Shown here piece by piece: positions 1-10,410 of a DNA stretch of 51,915 nt. A program made the position numbers and the translations under genes. Under the pieces are notes generated by a model. The model had not been told where the DNA came from, did no database searches, and saw nothing but the letters and a program-made list of their open reading frames with translations. The stretch is from an uncultured Anaerolineae bacterium. GTDB lineage: Bacteria > Chloroflexota > Anaerolineae > Promineifilales > Promineifilaceae. The stretch lies in assembly GCA_965368765.1 (NCBI GenBank), contig CBDUOF010000001.1, positions 1 through 51,915 on the forward strand, in the 5' to 3' direction. Each line of letters opens with the position of its first letter. Positions within the stretch are counted from its first letter, which is position 1.

Positions 1-40
1 ACCTCCGGGGCGTTGGCAACCTCGGAGGTTTTGTTACTGT

Positions 41-355
41 TTACTTGCCCCCAGAAGTGCGATTTAGCAAAAACCAGCTCAGCATCATCAGAACGAATCC
101 TCCGAAAAAGCCAACGCCAACGCCTAACCCGGTAATGAGCATCCGCACGACTTCGCCCGAAGTAAGCAACGAAAAGCCGGTTGCTAGCAGCCCGACGCCG
201 CCCAATCCACCTGATACAAGCAACATACAGCCTGGGAGCCGTTCGGCCTCCTGTGTTTCGCCACGCTGCCGCACAACGAGATATTCAACAACGGCCCCGA
301 TAATGGCGCTTGCGAGCCCAATGGCTACGCCGATAAAAAATGATTCCAGATTCAT
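41..355 (-). CDS. Small hypothetical membrane protein (about 3 predicted TM segments, Gly-rich)
   Basis: 104-aa ORF with hydrophobic stretches (FFIGVAIGLASAIIGAVV, GCMLLVSGGLGGVGLLATGF, GLGVGVGFFGGFVLMMLSWFLL). I recognise no family. Confidence 0.45.
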   Translation of the reverse strand: MNLESFFIGVAIGLASAIIGAVVEYLVVRQRGETQEAERLPGCMLLVSGGLGGVGLLATGFSLLTSGEVVRMLITGLGVGVGFFGGFVLMMLSWFLLNRTSGGK

Positions 356-473
356 TATAATGTTCTGCCTCCAACGGTTGTTTTGGCTACGATGCGTTTG
401 CCGTAGAGTAATAGTAAGCGGTGTATTGTGTGCTTGTCATCTGTGCTGTGTCATCTTATGCGTGGGTCAAACG

Positions 474-1499
474 TCACGCTGTTTGCAGGGGCCACAAGCG
501 GCGTTTTTGCAGAGCCTGCCGTAACAATGGCGCGATTTGTCGCTGGATATGCTCATTGGCGTAGCCAACCCAACTCACCTCGCTGTGACAGTCTAGCGGG
601 CAATTTAAGGGCTGACCAGCCACATCTGTGAGAATAACGCCGAGTTCCCGGGCAATTAGTTCGGTGCAAATGTCATAAGGGTGACAGCAGATGCCAAGCG
701 ATAAATTTTGTTGGGCAAGGATGGCTTCCATGAACGGCCGTATATCGGCGACAAATCGATCCCGTCCGGCCATAAGTTCATAGAGTTGCCCTCCCGTACA
801 AATATATTGGTCTTCGAAGCAGTGCGCCTTGCCGGGCTTCGTTGGCCCTAATGCGCCAAGAATAATCTCTTCATCAATTGCGGCTAGCTCGGCACGTGCC
901 CCAGGGAAGAAGCGGGCAATCATGGCATAGCCATGGGCGATCGTTTTGGCACGAGACGGCCGTACCTCTAGCCGTGTTTCACTGCCGCTGAGCCGATTAA
1001 AGCGGCTGGCCTCGGCTCCCTGGCCCCGCACCGCCCACAGCGCATCGGACAAATGCTGCTTCACCAGCGGAATTTCTGTTTGCACGGCCAGTTCAACATC
1101 TTGCAGGCTGGTTTGGGGTCCGCGGTTGGGGGCAACGGCCGTTAATATCCAGCCACTCCGTTTTTGGTACATCAACCCTCGCGTGCCATCGATCGGATCA
1201 ACGATAATACGCCAGACGGCCGTTTCTTCTGGCGTCCCTTGTGGCAAGACAATCTGACCATTTGGTAATCCTTCGGCAATCAGCACGATAGGAACATGCG
1301 CGGCCACTTCACGCGTGAAAAAATCGATTAGTGCCGCTTCGCTTACCCTATCAACCGCGTAAATGGTGTCTCCGTCAGCCTCGGCAACAATGGCTGACAA
1401 TGATTCCAGGGAAGCTTGTTCACAGGCTGTTATGACGGCCGTTCGGATGCTGGCGTGGAGCTGACGAATTTGGTTTAGCAGGGGGTGGGTCAAAGACAT
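474..1499 (-). CDS. Inositol monophosphatase / FBPase-fold (FIG superfamily) phosphatase
   Basis: 341 aa. Contains the metal-binding motif [13 protein letters not shown] (DPIDGT) typical of the IMPase family. Size is appropriate. Confidence 0.75.
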   Translation of the reverse strand: MSLTHPLLNQIRQLHASIRTAVITACEQASLESLSAIVAEADGDTIYAVDRVSEAALIDFFTREVAAHVPIVLIAEGLPNGQIVLPQGTPEETAVWRIIVDPIDGTRGLMYQKRSGWILTAVAPNRGPQTSLQDVELAVQTEIPLVKQHLSDALWAVRGQGAEASRFNRLSGSETRLEVRPSRAKTIAHGYAMIARFFPGARAELAAIDEEIILGALGPTKPGKAHCFEDQYICTGGQLYELMAGRDRFVADIRPFMEAILAQQNLSLGICCHPYDICTELIARELGVILTDVAGQPLNCPLDCHSEVSWVGYANEHIQRQIAPLLRQALQKRRLWPLQTA

Positions 1500-1511
1500 T
1501 GGAAACAGCGC

Positions 1512-3449
1512 TTAAGCGGAACTGTCTGGCATACGAGGAAGCTCAAAATAGAAAATACTGCCACGGCCGTTATTGCTTTCGGCCCATAGATGACCGCCAT
1601 GCAGATCGGCAACCCATTGCGCCAGCGCCAGGCCCTGCCCGCTGCTGGTTTCGTCACCCGCTTGCCCCTGATAAAACTTCTTGAAGATATGCGGCAAGTC
1701 CCTTTTGGCAATGCCTGCGCCCGAATCTTCTATTTGGATCAACACATGCTCAGGGTCGGCTGCCAGGGTCACTTTTACCTTTTTCTTTTTGGGGGAATAC
1801 TTAATGGCGTTTTCCACAAGATTGCCTACAGCGCGATGCAGCTTCACCGGGTCTCCCATAATTTCATGATGCCCAGGTTCAGCCGTCAGCTCAAGGGCAA
1901 CTTGTCTGGTTTTTGCCTGAGGCTGAAATTCTTGTACAACGTCAGTGACAATCTCTAAAATATCGCACGGTTGCGGCGCTGTTTCCGGCTGCAGCTTACG
2001 TGATTCAGCTTCATCAAACAGTAGGGCATTGCTCACGGCAATGGCAATGGCAGCTGCAATGGCGCGTGCTCGCTCCAAATCCGCTTCACCAAAATCGCCA
2101 TCTTTCTTGTTGATCAGTTGCATCGCCCCAATGACCTTGCCGCGAAAGATAAGGGGCACACAGAGCAAAGTACGGGTGTGAAAGCCGGTTTTCTCATCGG
2201 CCTTATGATAGTGGTGTTCATGACTGGCCACATCATTGGTGTAAATTGGCTGGCCGGAGCTCACCACCTGCCCAACAATGCCCTGCCCTACTGCCAACTC
2301 TATTTTCCCAATCTCCTCAACGGCCGTCCCCACATTGGCCAGCACATAGAGCGTGTCTGTTGCCTCATTCAAAAGCCATAGCGATGAAGCTTCGATTCGC
2401 CAACTGTCGTGCACTTGCTTGATAGTAAGATGAATCACCTCATCCAAATCAAGTGAGGCAGTTATGGTTTGAGTAATGTGCACAAGCGTATTTAGCTCTT
2501 CCAGCCGCGCAGCCAGAGCCTGATCGGCCGCCTGAAAGACTCTGGCGTTTTCCAGGGCAATTGCCGCGTAGTCGGCCAAAAATGAGAGCAAAAATTCATC
2601 TTGTTTGCTGAAGGCACGGTGCGCGGTGCGGTTACTGACACCTAATACGCCCAGATTGATGCCGCGCAGTTGAAGCGGTACATAGAGTATGGCATGAGCA
2701 AAGTAGCCAGTTTTTACTTTCATCCCTTGCCCCGACATAGACGATTGACGCAACGGCCGTCCTGATTGCATCACGTCACCAGCGGGAGAGTCGGCCAGCG
2801 GCAGGATCAGAGCCGGTTTGTTTAGCTGGGAAGGCGTTTGGCGGTTATACGGCCGTAAATGGTCCCCGGCATCATCGGGCAGCCAAATAGTGCTTTCTTC
2901 CGCGTTTGTCAGATAAGTTGCCGCTTCCAGCACCCGCTGCAACACGTCATCTACGCCCATGAGCGTCGTAATCGCCTTGCCGATGTTAGAAAGCGTTCGC
3001 ATCTCATTATTTTGGCGGTTCATTTCTACTTTCAGGCGGCGAATATGCTCTGCTTGCTCAGCTTTGTCATGTAACAAACGCGTTTCTGCCAGGGCCCGAT
3101 CAATCGTCCCAATTATTTCATCCACCGTAAACGGCTTGATGATGTAATCTTTGGCGCCCAAACGAAAAGCCTCTATGGCACTCAATTCCGAGCCGTAGCC
3201 CGTCATTAAAACAATGGGTGTTCTTAATGATTCTCGCGCCATCTGCTGCAATACATCCAGCCCAGTCATTTGGGGCAGATTAAAATCTAACATCACCAGG
3301 TCTGGTTCTTTTTCACGAATCATATCCAGCCCAGATTGGCCATCGTAGGTATGAATGGTGCGATAGCCAAACGTAGGCAGCACCGTTTCGGTGAGATGTT
3401 TTACAATCTCTCGACTATCGTCAATAATGAGAATGAGTTCACCGCTCAT
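1512..3449 (-). CDS. Response-regulator receiver - GAF - GAF - HATPase_c signalling protein (no recognisable DHp/H-box)
   Basis: Start placed at MSGELILIIDDS (ATG at 3449), inside the longer ORF. REC motifs: IIDDS, DLVMLDFNLPQMTG, KPF. Two GAF-like blocks follow. C-terminal ATPase has N-box NLVENAIKYSP and G-boxes EDSGAGI and GQGLAL. I see no HExxxP H-box. Confidence 0.8.
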   Translation of the reverse strand: MSGELILIIDDSREIVKHLTETVLPTFGYRTIHTYDGQSGLDMIREKEPDLVMLDFNLPQMTGLDVLQQMARESLRTPIVLMTGYGSELSAIEAFRLGAKDYIIKPFTVDEIIGTIDRALAETRLLHDKAEQAEHIRRLKVEMNRQNNEMRTLSNIGKAITTLMGVDDVLQRVLEAATYLTNAEESTIWLPDDAGDHLRPYNRQTPSQLNKPALILPLADSPAGDVMQSGRPLRQSSMSGQGMKVKTGYFAHAILYVPLQLRGINLGVLGVSNRTAHRAFSKQDEFLLSFLADYAAIALENARVFQAADQALAARLEELNTLVHITQTITASLDLDEVIHLTIKQVHDSWRIEASSLWLLNEATDTLYVLANVGTAVEEIGKIELAVGQGIVGQVVSSGQPIYTNDVASHEHHYHKADEKTGFHTRTLLCVPLIFRGKVIGAMQLINKKDGDFGEADLERARAIAAAIAIAVSNALLFDEAESRKLQPETAPQPCDILEIVTDVVQEFQPQAKTRQVALELTAEPGHHEIMGDPVKLHRAVGNLVENAIKYSPKKKKVKVTLAADPEHVLIQIEDSGAGIAKRDLPHIFKKFYQGQAGDETSSGQGLALAQWVADLHGGHLWAESNNGRGSIFYFELPRMPDSSA

Positions 3450-3963
3450 AATAATTTCTTCTTGAATGTGTAGATACGGCCGTCGCTCCCTTTCCCCGCT
3501 GGATACCAGACCAATCAATCATATGTTGGCAGCACTGCAATGCTCAAAATCGTATGGCAATATTCTTACGCATGTAATTAAGTGGCACAGTCCACCTGCT
3601 AATATATCTGGTCATTATAGCATACCCCGCTTACCTGTCGCCAAGTCAGGCAAACAAAAGAATATGCCTTCACAGGCACCCAAATATTGAGCGAAAGTTC
3701 GCTTGATTACTTGTTTCGCCGCAAGTTGCCTCTATACGAACTTTAAATGGCAAAATCGGTGAATTACGAAAGGTTTATACGATTGAAAAATGGAGAAATA
3801 ACTTTACGTAAAGCCGGGAACGTGCTATAGTTAGCCAACTATTGGTTATGTTAATGTAAAACAGGGTGATTTTTGGGTGTTTTACCTGAAATTAGCCCGC
3901 TCATTTGCACCAAGGCGCATAAGGTGCAAATTGAATCTATCGTCAGTTTTGTGGAGGTATGCG

Positions 3964-4953
3964 ATGGTTTCCAAACGGCGTTTACTCAATTTATTAACAG
4001 TATTGATATTTATTAGCCTTTTTGTTGTGGCCTGTGAACGGCCGCTTGGCGGGGGAGATACCACCACAGACCAAACCGGCCAAACTGAAGATCCTAATAG
4101 TGGTGGCGGCACAGATGGCGGTGGCGTGACTCCTGTTGATAATCCACCCGAAACAACCGACGAAACCACCGATTCTGGTGAGACGGGCGGCGAAGAAGCC
4201 GTCGATCAAACGGACAGCACAACCGATGGCGGCGAAGACGCTTCTACTGACACTGCTGATTCTGGTGAGGAAGCCCAGGATGACAGCGCTGAAGCCGGTG
4301 GCGGCGCAGGTGACGCAACGGGTGATGCTGAACAAACTTCTGATGAGGATACGGGCAGTGAAGAAGCCGCCGCTGACACAGCGAGCGACGAGGCTGCCGA
4401 CACGACCACAACCAGTGAAGATGCTGCCGCTAGCACAACCGTACCAGCGACACACACGGTAGCAGCAGGCGAAAATCTGTACCGCATTGGTCTAAAATAT
4501 GGGATTTCCTGGGTAGCGATTGCCAGCGAAAATGGGCTGGCCAATCCGAACCTGCTGACGGTAGGCCAGGTGCTCAAGTTACCGGGGGCATCTACGCCGA
4601 CGCCAGATCCAGAGCCAACCCCATCGCCGCAAACTGAGACAACCTATGTGGTTAAGGCTGGCGATAACTTGTTCCGCATTGGTGTTCAATTCGGTATTAG
4701 TTGGATACAAATTGCGGAAGCCAACGGTTTGGTGAACCCCAACCTGATTAAAGTGGGTGATGAGCTAAAGATCCCGGTCAACACCCCAGGCCCCGCGCCA
4801 CAATTTTCTCACGTCGTAAAACAGGGCGAAACGCTCTTCCTCATCTCATTACAATATGGCGTCGCTTGGCCAGCCATTGCTGAAACAAACAATCTGACCT
4901 CGCCGTATGTGATTTATGTGGGGCAAACGCTGGAGATTCCTGGTAACCAATAA
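3964..4953 (+). CDS. Secreted or membrane-anchored LysM-domain protein (3 LysM repeats) with a long acidic low-complexity linker
   Basis: Start chosen at ATG 3964, with GGAGG at 3953-3957. N-terminal signal/anchor is LLNLLTVLIFISLFVVAC. There is a D/E/T/S/G-rich linker. Three LysM units: HTVAAGENLYRIGLKYGISWVAIASENGL, YVVKAGDNLFRIGVQFGISWIQIAEANGL, HVVKQGETLFLISLQYGVAWPAIAETNNL. Confidence 0.85.
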   Translation: MVSKRRLLNLLTVLIFISLFVVACERPLGGGDTTTDQTGQTEDPNSGGGTDGGGVTPVDNPPETTDETTDSGETGGEEAVDQTDSTTDGGEDASTDTADSGEEAQDDSAEAGGGAGDATGDAEQTSDEDTGSEEAAADTASDEAADTTTTSEDAAASTTVPATHTVAAGENLYRIGLKYGISWVAIASENGLANPNLLTVGQVLKLPGASTPTPDPEPTPSPQTETTYVVKAGDNLFRIGVQFGISWIQIAEANGLVNPNLIKVGDELKIPVNTPGPAPQFSHVVKQGETLFLISLQYGVAWPAIAETNNLTSPYVIYVGQTLEIPGNQ

Positions 4954-5033
4954 GGCTAAATCTGCTTGATAGCTAGGTAGAGAATCATTCATCTACCACC
5001 TATGCTTTTAATCAACCTTTGTTGAAATGAAAA

Positions 5034-5062
5034 AGCGCACCCGAAACAGGTGCGCTTTTTTT
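5034..5062. terminator. Bidirectional rho-independent terminator between the convergent LysM and ABC genes
   Basis: Stem AGCGCACC (5034-5041) pairs with GGTGCGCT (5049-5056), with loop CGAAACA. An A-run lies upstream and a T-run at 5057-5062. Confidence 0.65.
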
Positions 5063-5086
5063 GTGCCAATGCTGCCTGACTATTGG

Positions 5087-7015
5087 CTAGTTTTGACTGA
5101 AGTGCTCCGTACCTTCTGGCACTTCCTGGGCGGCCCATTGCATGGTATAGAGGTTGTAATACCGTCCTTTTTTGGCCAGTAGTTCCTCGTGGGTGCCCTG
5201 CTCAACAATACGGCCGTTATCCAAAACCACAATTTGGTCCGCTCCTACAATTGTGCTGAGCCGATGGGCAATCACAAAACTGGTGCGCCCTTCCATCAGT
5301 GTGTCCAGCGCTTGTTGGATTACCTTTTCTGTGGTGGTGTCTACGCTGCTGGTTGCCTCATCTAAAATGAGGATTCGCGGGTTGGCCAGCAAGGCGCGGG
5401 CAAAAGAGATGATCTGCCGCTGCCCCACGCTTAAATTGACCCCGTTCTCTCCAACTTCGGTCTTGTAACCATCGGGCATCTTGCGAATAAAGGCATCGGC
5501 CCCAACGGCCGTTGCAGCTTCAACCACTTCTTTATGACTGGCATCCAAACGGCCGTAACGAATATTGTCCTCAATGGTGCCAGTGAACAAAAAGGTATCT
5601 TGCAGCACAATCCCCAACTGTGCCCGTAAGCTGGCCTGCGTGACCTGGCTAACCTCATGTCCGTCAATGGTCAACGAGCCACCCGTGATGTCAAAAAAGC
5701 GAGAGATGAGCCGAATGATAGTGCTCTTGCCTGCGCCCGTTTCGCCTACCAGCGCAATACGTTGCCCTGGCTGAGCGCTGAGCGTAATCCCTTGCAGCAC
5801 GGGGACCCCGTCCTGGTAACTAAACATCACATCTTCAAAAGCGACATGCCCCTGAACGGGTGGCAAATCAACCGCGCCGGGCGCATCCAACAGATCAGGG
5901 GAGGTGTCTAGCAAATTGAATACCCGTTCGCTCGCGGCCATCGTCGCCTGGAAAGTATTGTAGCGCTGTGCCAGTTCCCGAATCGGGTCAAAAAATCGGT
6001 CAATGTACAGCACAAAAGCCACCAGCGTACCGGTTGTCAATGCATCTCCAAGTACCAGCCAGCCCCCCACGCCAATGACCAACGCCGTTGCCAGAGACCC
6101 CATGAAATCAACTCCAGGGAAGAAAATAGCCGTCAGACGACTGGCATCAACATTGGCATTGAAAAAGGAGTAGTTCAGATCATCAAAATATTGGGCATTT
6201 TTCGCTTCACGGATGAAGCTTTTGGTGACGCGAATGCCGGAAATGGATTCATTGAGGTAACCATTGATAAGCGAAAGCCGCTGTCGCGTGGCTCTGTAGG
6301 CCCCACGCACCCGAACCCGCCAATAGTTGGTTAAGATATACATGAGCGGCAATACGGCAAAGGTCACCAGGGCCAACCGCCAATTAAGGAGCAGCATGGC
6401 GATGATGATGCCCGTCAGGGTGAAGAAAGAGCGAAACAGCCCGGTGATCGACCAGGTGATGAAATCTTGCAGCACGCCCACATCGCTAATCAGGCGGCTC
6501 ATAAGGCGCCCCACGCTGTAGTTATTGTGGAAGTTAAGCGACAACGTGTGGAGATGGCGAAATAAATCGCTGCGGTAATCCACGACCACTTTGGTGCCAA
6601 CATACGCCATAATGGCAATGCGAAACCGATTCGTGATCCATTCACTTACAGCAGCCACTATAAAAAGAATTGTCCACAGTCGCAATGTGTCCAGGGAACC
6701 TTCCCGGATGCCATTATCAATGGCCTTTCCGATAATAGTGGGCTGGGAGACGGCCAACAGGGAACTGGCAATCATGAGGGCAACGGCCACCGTGAGCCTC
6801 GATAGATACGGGCGCATGTAACCCAGCAACCGACGCACCAAACGGCCGTCGTACGCTTTGCCCATCGCTTCATCATCTTCCTTGAGCAATGCTTGAATTC
6901 GTTCTTCGCGCTCTAGCCGTTCCTGCTCTTCGATGCCAATTCTCGGATCGAACTGTTTTTGTCGGGAACGGCCGTTCATCTTTCCATTTTGCGCTTGGTT
7001 TTGATTATCAGACAT
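5087..7015 (-). CDS. ABC transporter, fused permease/ATP-binding subunit (type I exporter, MdlB/MsbA-like)
   Basis: 642 aa with six N-terminal TM helices. Walker A GETGAGKST, signature LSVGQRQ, Walker B ILILDEATS, H-loop IAHRL. Confidence 0.9.
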   Translation of the reverse strand: MSDNQNQAQNGKMNGRSRQKQFDPRIGIEEQERLEREERIQALLKEDDEAMGKAYDGRLVRRLLGYMRPYLSRLTVAVALMIASSLLAVSQPTIIGKAIDNGIREGSLDTLRLWTILFIVAAVSEWITNRFRIAIMAYVGTKVVVDYRSDLFRHLHTLSLNFHNNYSVGRLMSRLISDVGVLQDFITWSITGLFRSFFTLTGIIIAMLLLNWRLALVTFAVLPLMYILTNYWRVRVRGAYRATRQRLSLINGYLNESISGIRVTKSFIREAKNAQYFDDLNYSFFNANVDASRLTAIFFPGVDFMGSLATALVIGVGGWLVLGDALTTGTLVAFVLYIDRFFDPIRELAQRYNTFQATMAASERVFNLLDTSPDLLDAPGAVDLPPVQGHVAFEDVMFSYQDGVPVLQGITLSAQPGQRIALVGETGAGKSTIIRLISRFFDITGGSLTIDGHEVSQVTQASLRAQLGIVLQDTFLFTGTIEDNIRYGRLDASHKEVVEAATAVGADAFIRKMPDGYKTEVGENGVNLSVGQRQIISFARALLANPRILILDEATSSVDTTTEKVIQQALDTLMEGRTSFVIAHRLSTIVGADQIVVLDNGRIVEQGTHEELLAKKGRYYNLYTMQWAAQEVPEGTEHFSQN

Positions 7016-8790
7016 TATGCCTTCCCTCCCATTTCTGCTTCCAGGGCCACAAACGCCTCCTGGTCTTTCAGCTGCAAATCATAAATCTGCCGGTACAGAC
7101 CGCCCTGAGTCAACAATGTTTCATGGGTTCCGCGCTGGACAATACGGCCGTGATCCAGCACCAATATTTCATCCGCACTCTTTAACGTCAGTAGCCGTTG
7201 GGCAATCACAAAAGTTGTGCGCCCTTCCATGAGAACAGCCAATGCTTCTTGAATAAGATGCTCTGTTTCAGTGTCTACGCTGCTTGTAGAATCGTCCAAT
7301 ATTAGGATGCGTGGGTCGGTGAGCAAGGCACGCGCAATGGCAATGCGCTGTTTTTGTCCACCGCTCAGCGTGACGCCCCGTTCGCCCACGCGGGTATCGT
7401 ATCCCTCTGGCATCCTGGTAATGAAGTCATGAGCACGGGCCGCTGTGGCGGCTGCGATAATCTCTTCCTCGCTGGCATCGGGACGGCCGTAGGCAATGTT
7501 TTCCCCCACGGTTTGACTAAACAGGACTGGATCCTGTAGCACAATGCCAACCTGCCGTCGCAGCGATTGCACCTGTACGGAACGAACATCAAATCCATCA
7601 ACCAAAACCTGACCCGCTGTCGCGTCATAAAAACGGGGAATCAAATTGGTCAACGTCGATTTACCCGAGCCGGTTGGCCCAATCAAGGCAATGGTTTGTC
7701 CTGGTTCCGCATGAAATGAGATATCAGCCAGAATTTTAAGATCTTCACGGTAGGCAAAATCGACACCTTGATAGGTCACCGAACCAGTCAGCCTATCCAG
7801 CCAGATGGCGTCTTCGCGCTCCTCAATTTCGCTGGGTGTGTCAATAATGTCGAAGACACGCTGAGCGCTGGCCCCTGCCGTGGCGGCCAAATTCACCAGG
7901 AATCCCAGGCGCTGCACGGGCGCGCCCAGCATTAACACATAGGAAATGAGGGCAAAGAGAGTGCCAACCGTAATTTCCCCATCTAATGCAATGGGGCCGC
8001 CAAACCAAAGCAGTAAAAAGATGGCGGATGCAACCAAAAACGTAAACAAAGGCCAGTTGTTGGCCCAGGTGCGAATAAGGCCGTAGCGATGGTCGAACCA
8101 GGTATTATTTTCATTATCGAATTTATCCAGTTCATAGGGCTCACGGGCAAATGCTTTTACTACATTAATCCCTGTCATGCTTTCTTGCATCGTTGATGAG
8201 AGCACGCCCATCTGCTCTTGAATGAGCTTGAACATGGGGCGCACAGTGTTGCCAAAGCGAATGGTGGCATAAATTAACAGGGGGATGGGAATAAGACCCA
8301 GCAGAGAAAGCTGTACTGATTCCAAAAACATCGCAATAATGACGCCTACCAAAAGCAAGGTTGTCGAGAGCAGCCCCATCAGCCCAACGCCGACAAAACG
8401 CTCTGTTTCGGTAATGTCGCTAGTGGCCCGGCTCATCAAGTCGCCTGTCAGGGTACGATCATGAAAGCTAAAGGGCAGCGCCTGAACGCTATTGTAGAAG
8501 TGGTTGCGCAAATCATAAGAAACGCGATGGGTGAGCCATTCACCAAAATAGAGTTGGCCAAAACCAGCAACGCCTCGCACCACGGCAATGACCAATATGA
8601 CGCCACCAGCAATAAAAAGCGCCCGTGGTTCACCCTCAGTCAACCCGTTATCGATAGCATCTTTGATGATCTGAGGCACGAATAGATTGAGCAGAGTGGC
8701 AAAAAACATGGACAGGTAGGCGATGGCCACCTGTTTCCAATAGGGTCTAAGATACCCAAGCAATCGTTGGTAGACTGCATTTTCCTTCAT
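7015..8790 (-). CDS. ABC transporter, fused permease/ATP-binding subunit (partner of 5087-7015)
   Basis: Start set at MKENAVYQRLL (ATG 8790), with GGAGG 9 nt upstream. Walker A GPTGSGKST, signature LSGGQKQR, Walker B ILILDDSTS. Its stop overlaps the downstream gene's ATG by 1 nt (TAATG), implying translational coupling and a heterodimeric exporter. Confidence 0.9.
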   Translation of the reverse strand: MKENAVYQRLLGYLRPYWKQVAIAYLSMFFATLLNLFVPQIIKDAIDNGLTEGEPRALFIAGGVILVIAVVRGVAGFGQLYFGEWLTHRVSYDLRNHFYNSVQALPFSFHDRTLTGDLMSRATSDITETERFVGVGLMGLLSTTLLLVGVIIAMFLESVQLSLLGLIPIPLLIYATIRFGNTVRPMFKLIQEQMGVLSSTMQESMTGINVVKAFAREPYELDKFDNENNTWFDHRYGLIRTWANNWPLFTFLVASAIFLLLWFGGPIALDGEITVGTLFALISYVLMLGAPVQRLGFLVNLAATAGASAQRVFDIIDTPSEIEEREDAIWLDRLTGSVTYQGVDFAYREDLKILADISFHAEPGQTIALIGPTGSGKSTLTNLIPRFYDATAGQVLVDGFDVRSVQVQSLRRQVGIVLQDPVLFSQTVGENIAYGRPDASEEEIIAAATAARAHDFITRMPEGYDTRVGERGVTLSGGQKQRIAIARALLTDPRILILDDSTSSVDTETEHLIQEALAVLMEGRTTFVIAQRLLTLKSADEILVLDHGRIVQRGTHETLLTQGGLYRQIYDLQLKDQEAFVALEAEMGGKA

Positions 8791-9077
8791 AAACTTAATC
8801 CTCCAAAGTCTATTAAGTGAGGCAACGGCCGTTCTCCAAGCCATCGACTAAACCGTGGTAGAGGGCCATCCTCGGTTCATTAGACAATCGTCTAACTGAA
8901 CATCCAAGTTTATATAAACCCGACGCAGATGTCCACTTCTGCGTTTGATTGCCCCTTAATTGCCACTGTCACAACGGCCGTTTCTACCAGGCTAGCCACA
9001 TTACCACTCTTTTTAGCAGCAATTGCACAATAAAACCAAAATATTTGGTGGTATTTTTAATAATTTGCGGAAATAAT

Positions 9078-9117
9078 CAAAATTATTGTTGACAGACACA
9101 AAATTATTGTGTATATT
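9078..9117 (+). promoter_or_regulatory. Candidate sigma70-type promoter with a 12-bp direct repeat, upstream of the DUF2089 gene
   Basis: TTGACA (9089-9094), 17-nt spacer, TATATT (9112-9117). CAAAATTATTGT occurs twice (9078-9089 and 9099-9110), abutting the -35 and filling the spacer. Confidence 0.4.
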
Positions 9118-9202
9118 GCTCACATCGTTTATATTTCAAGCAAGCAATGGCCGTTTATAAAAGCACAACGTAAAAAATAGCCAACCCGTAAGGAATTCAT
9201 TC

Positions 9203-9601
9203 ATGCGTAAATTGTTAGAAAGTTGTCCCGCTTGTGCCGGAGAGTTGGTCGTCACCCAACAATCCTGCCGCAGTTGCGGTACGATGATTGTCGGGGAATT
9301 TACCCCGAATATTTTTTCTCGCTTATCCCCGGAAAACCTGCACTTTTTAGAGCAATTCGTAAAAAACAAAGGCAATGTCAAAGAAATGGAGCGAGAAATT
9401 GGCATGTCTTACTGGACAATTCGCAATCGCCTGAATGAAATTGTGGAAGCACTTGGTTTTGAAAACAAAGAGGTTCCACCCTCTGAAGCGCAAGAAGTGC
9501 TGGCACAAAATCGCCTGGAAATTTTAGCGCGTGTGGACAACGGCGAGATTGACGTCACCGAAGGCATCAAGCTTCTGAATCAGCTAAAGCCTACAACATA
9601 A
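9203..9601 (+). CDS. DUF2089-type protein (N-terminal zinc ribbon plus HTH)
   Basis: 132 aa. N-terminus is CPACAGELVVTQQSCRSCGTMIVGEF (CxxC..CxxC). It is followed by FLEQFVKNKGNVKEMEREIGMSYWTIRNRL, an HTH-like segment characteristic of DUF2089. Confidence 0.7.
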   Translation: MRKLLESCPACAGELVVTQQSCRSCGTMIVGEFTPNIFSRLSPENLHFLEQFVKNKGNVKEMEREIGMSYWTIRNRLNEIVEALGFENKEVPPSEAQEVLAQNRLEILARVDNGEIDVTEGIKLLNQLKPTT

Positions 9602-9732
9602 CCGTATTCACTCCAACTCTTTAAATTGATCAACCGCTTTTCAGAAACGGCCGTCTCGCCGAGGTTGCTTGCTGCCCGATAAACAGTCGCTGACAATTGA
9701 CAAATTGACCAGCAATGATCAAGGAGAATCTT

Positions 9733-10332
9733 ATGAAGGAAGAACGTGCTCAAATATTAGACATGCTGCAAAAAGGCAAGATTACAGTTGATGAGGCAGA
9801 TCAGCTGTTGGAAGCATTGGCGGGAACGGCCGTTTCCGCAAGTCAACCCACCCCCGCTAAAAACATCACGCCGCCTGTGCCGCCAAAATCCGGCCCCAAA
9901 TTAACGTCTGACCAGATCTTGAAACTCAACCGGGAAGGGGTAGACCCAGACTTTATTCGGGCGGTGCGCCAACTGAACAACAGCACCTTGACAGGAGATC
10001 ACATCGTTCGCATGGCGGTCGAGGGCGTGGATCCGGCGTTTATTACGGCCGTTTCCCAACTAGAAAATCTCCCTCTCACTGGAGATCACATTGCACAAAT
10101 GGGCATCGAAGGCGTCGATCCCGACTTTCTGCGAGCCGTGAACGGCTTAACGTTGCAGGGTCTTTCTGGTGACCACATTATGCACATGGGCCTTGAAGGC
10201 GTTGATGATTCGTTTATTCACAAAATAAAAGAGTCAGACTTTATCCATGAACTAACGGGTGACGCCTTCGTACAAATGGCCCTTGAAGGCATCAATGATG
10301 AGTTACTGCAGGAAGCGATTCAGCTATTGTAA
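9733..10332 (+). CDS. SHOCT-like N-terminal domain protein with about five 29-aa repeats (LTGDHIxxMxxEGVDPxFIxAV)
   Basis: Start at ATG 9733, with AAGGAG at 9721-9726. N-terminus is ERAQILDMLQKGKITVDEADQLLEAL. A Pro-rich linker follows, then tandem 29-aa repeats. Confidence 0.7.
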   Translation: MKEERAQILDMLQKGKITVDEADQLLEALAGTAVSASQPTPAKNITPPVPPKSGPKLTSDQILKLNREGVDPDFIRAVRQLNNSTLTGDHIVRMAVEGVDPAFITAVSQLENLPLTGDHIAQMGIEGVDPDFLRAVNGLTLQGLSGDHIMHMGLEGVDDSFIHKIKESDFIHELTGDAFVQMALEGINDELLQEAIQLL

Positions 10333-10410
10333 ACCGTTGGTTACAAGAAAGTGGTGGCTGGCGCAAGCAGCTAGCCGCCATTGCCAGAACCAGCGAAGAA
10401 GGAGCACAAA

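Noticed and set aside
45-524. 159-aa plus-strand ORF overlapping the small membrane gene and the IMPase gene
   Set aside because: It is antisense to better-supported genes and its translation is Pro/Ser/Thr/Arg/Cys-rich low complexity, typical of a shadow ORF in GC-rich coding DNA.
3519-3963. Possible cyclic-di-AMP (ydaO-type) riboswitch or other leader element upstream of the LysM gene
   Set aside because: This is a long 5' region with one 8-bp hairpin (TTTGCACC at 3904-3911 pairing with GGTGCAAA at 3923-3930). I could not find the conserved ydaO core motifs.
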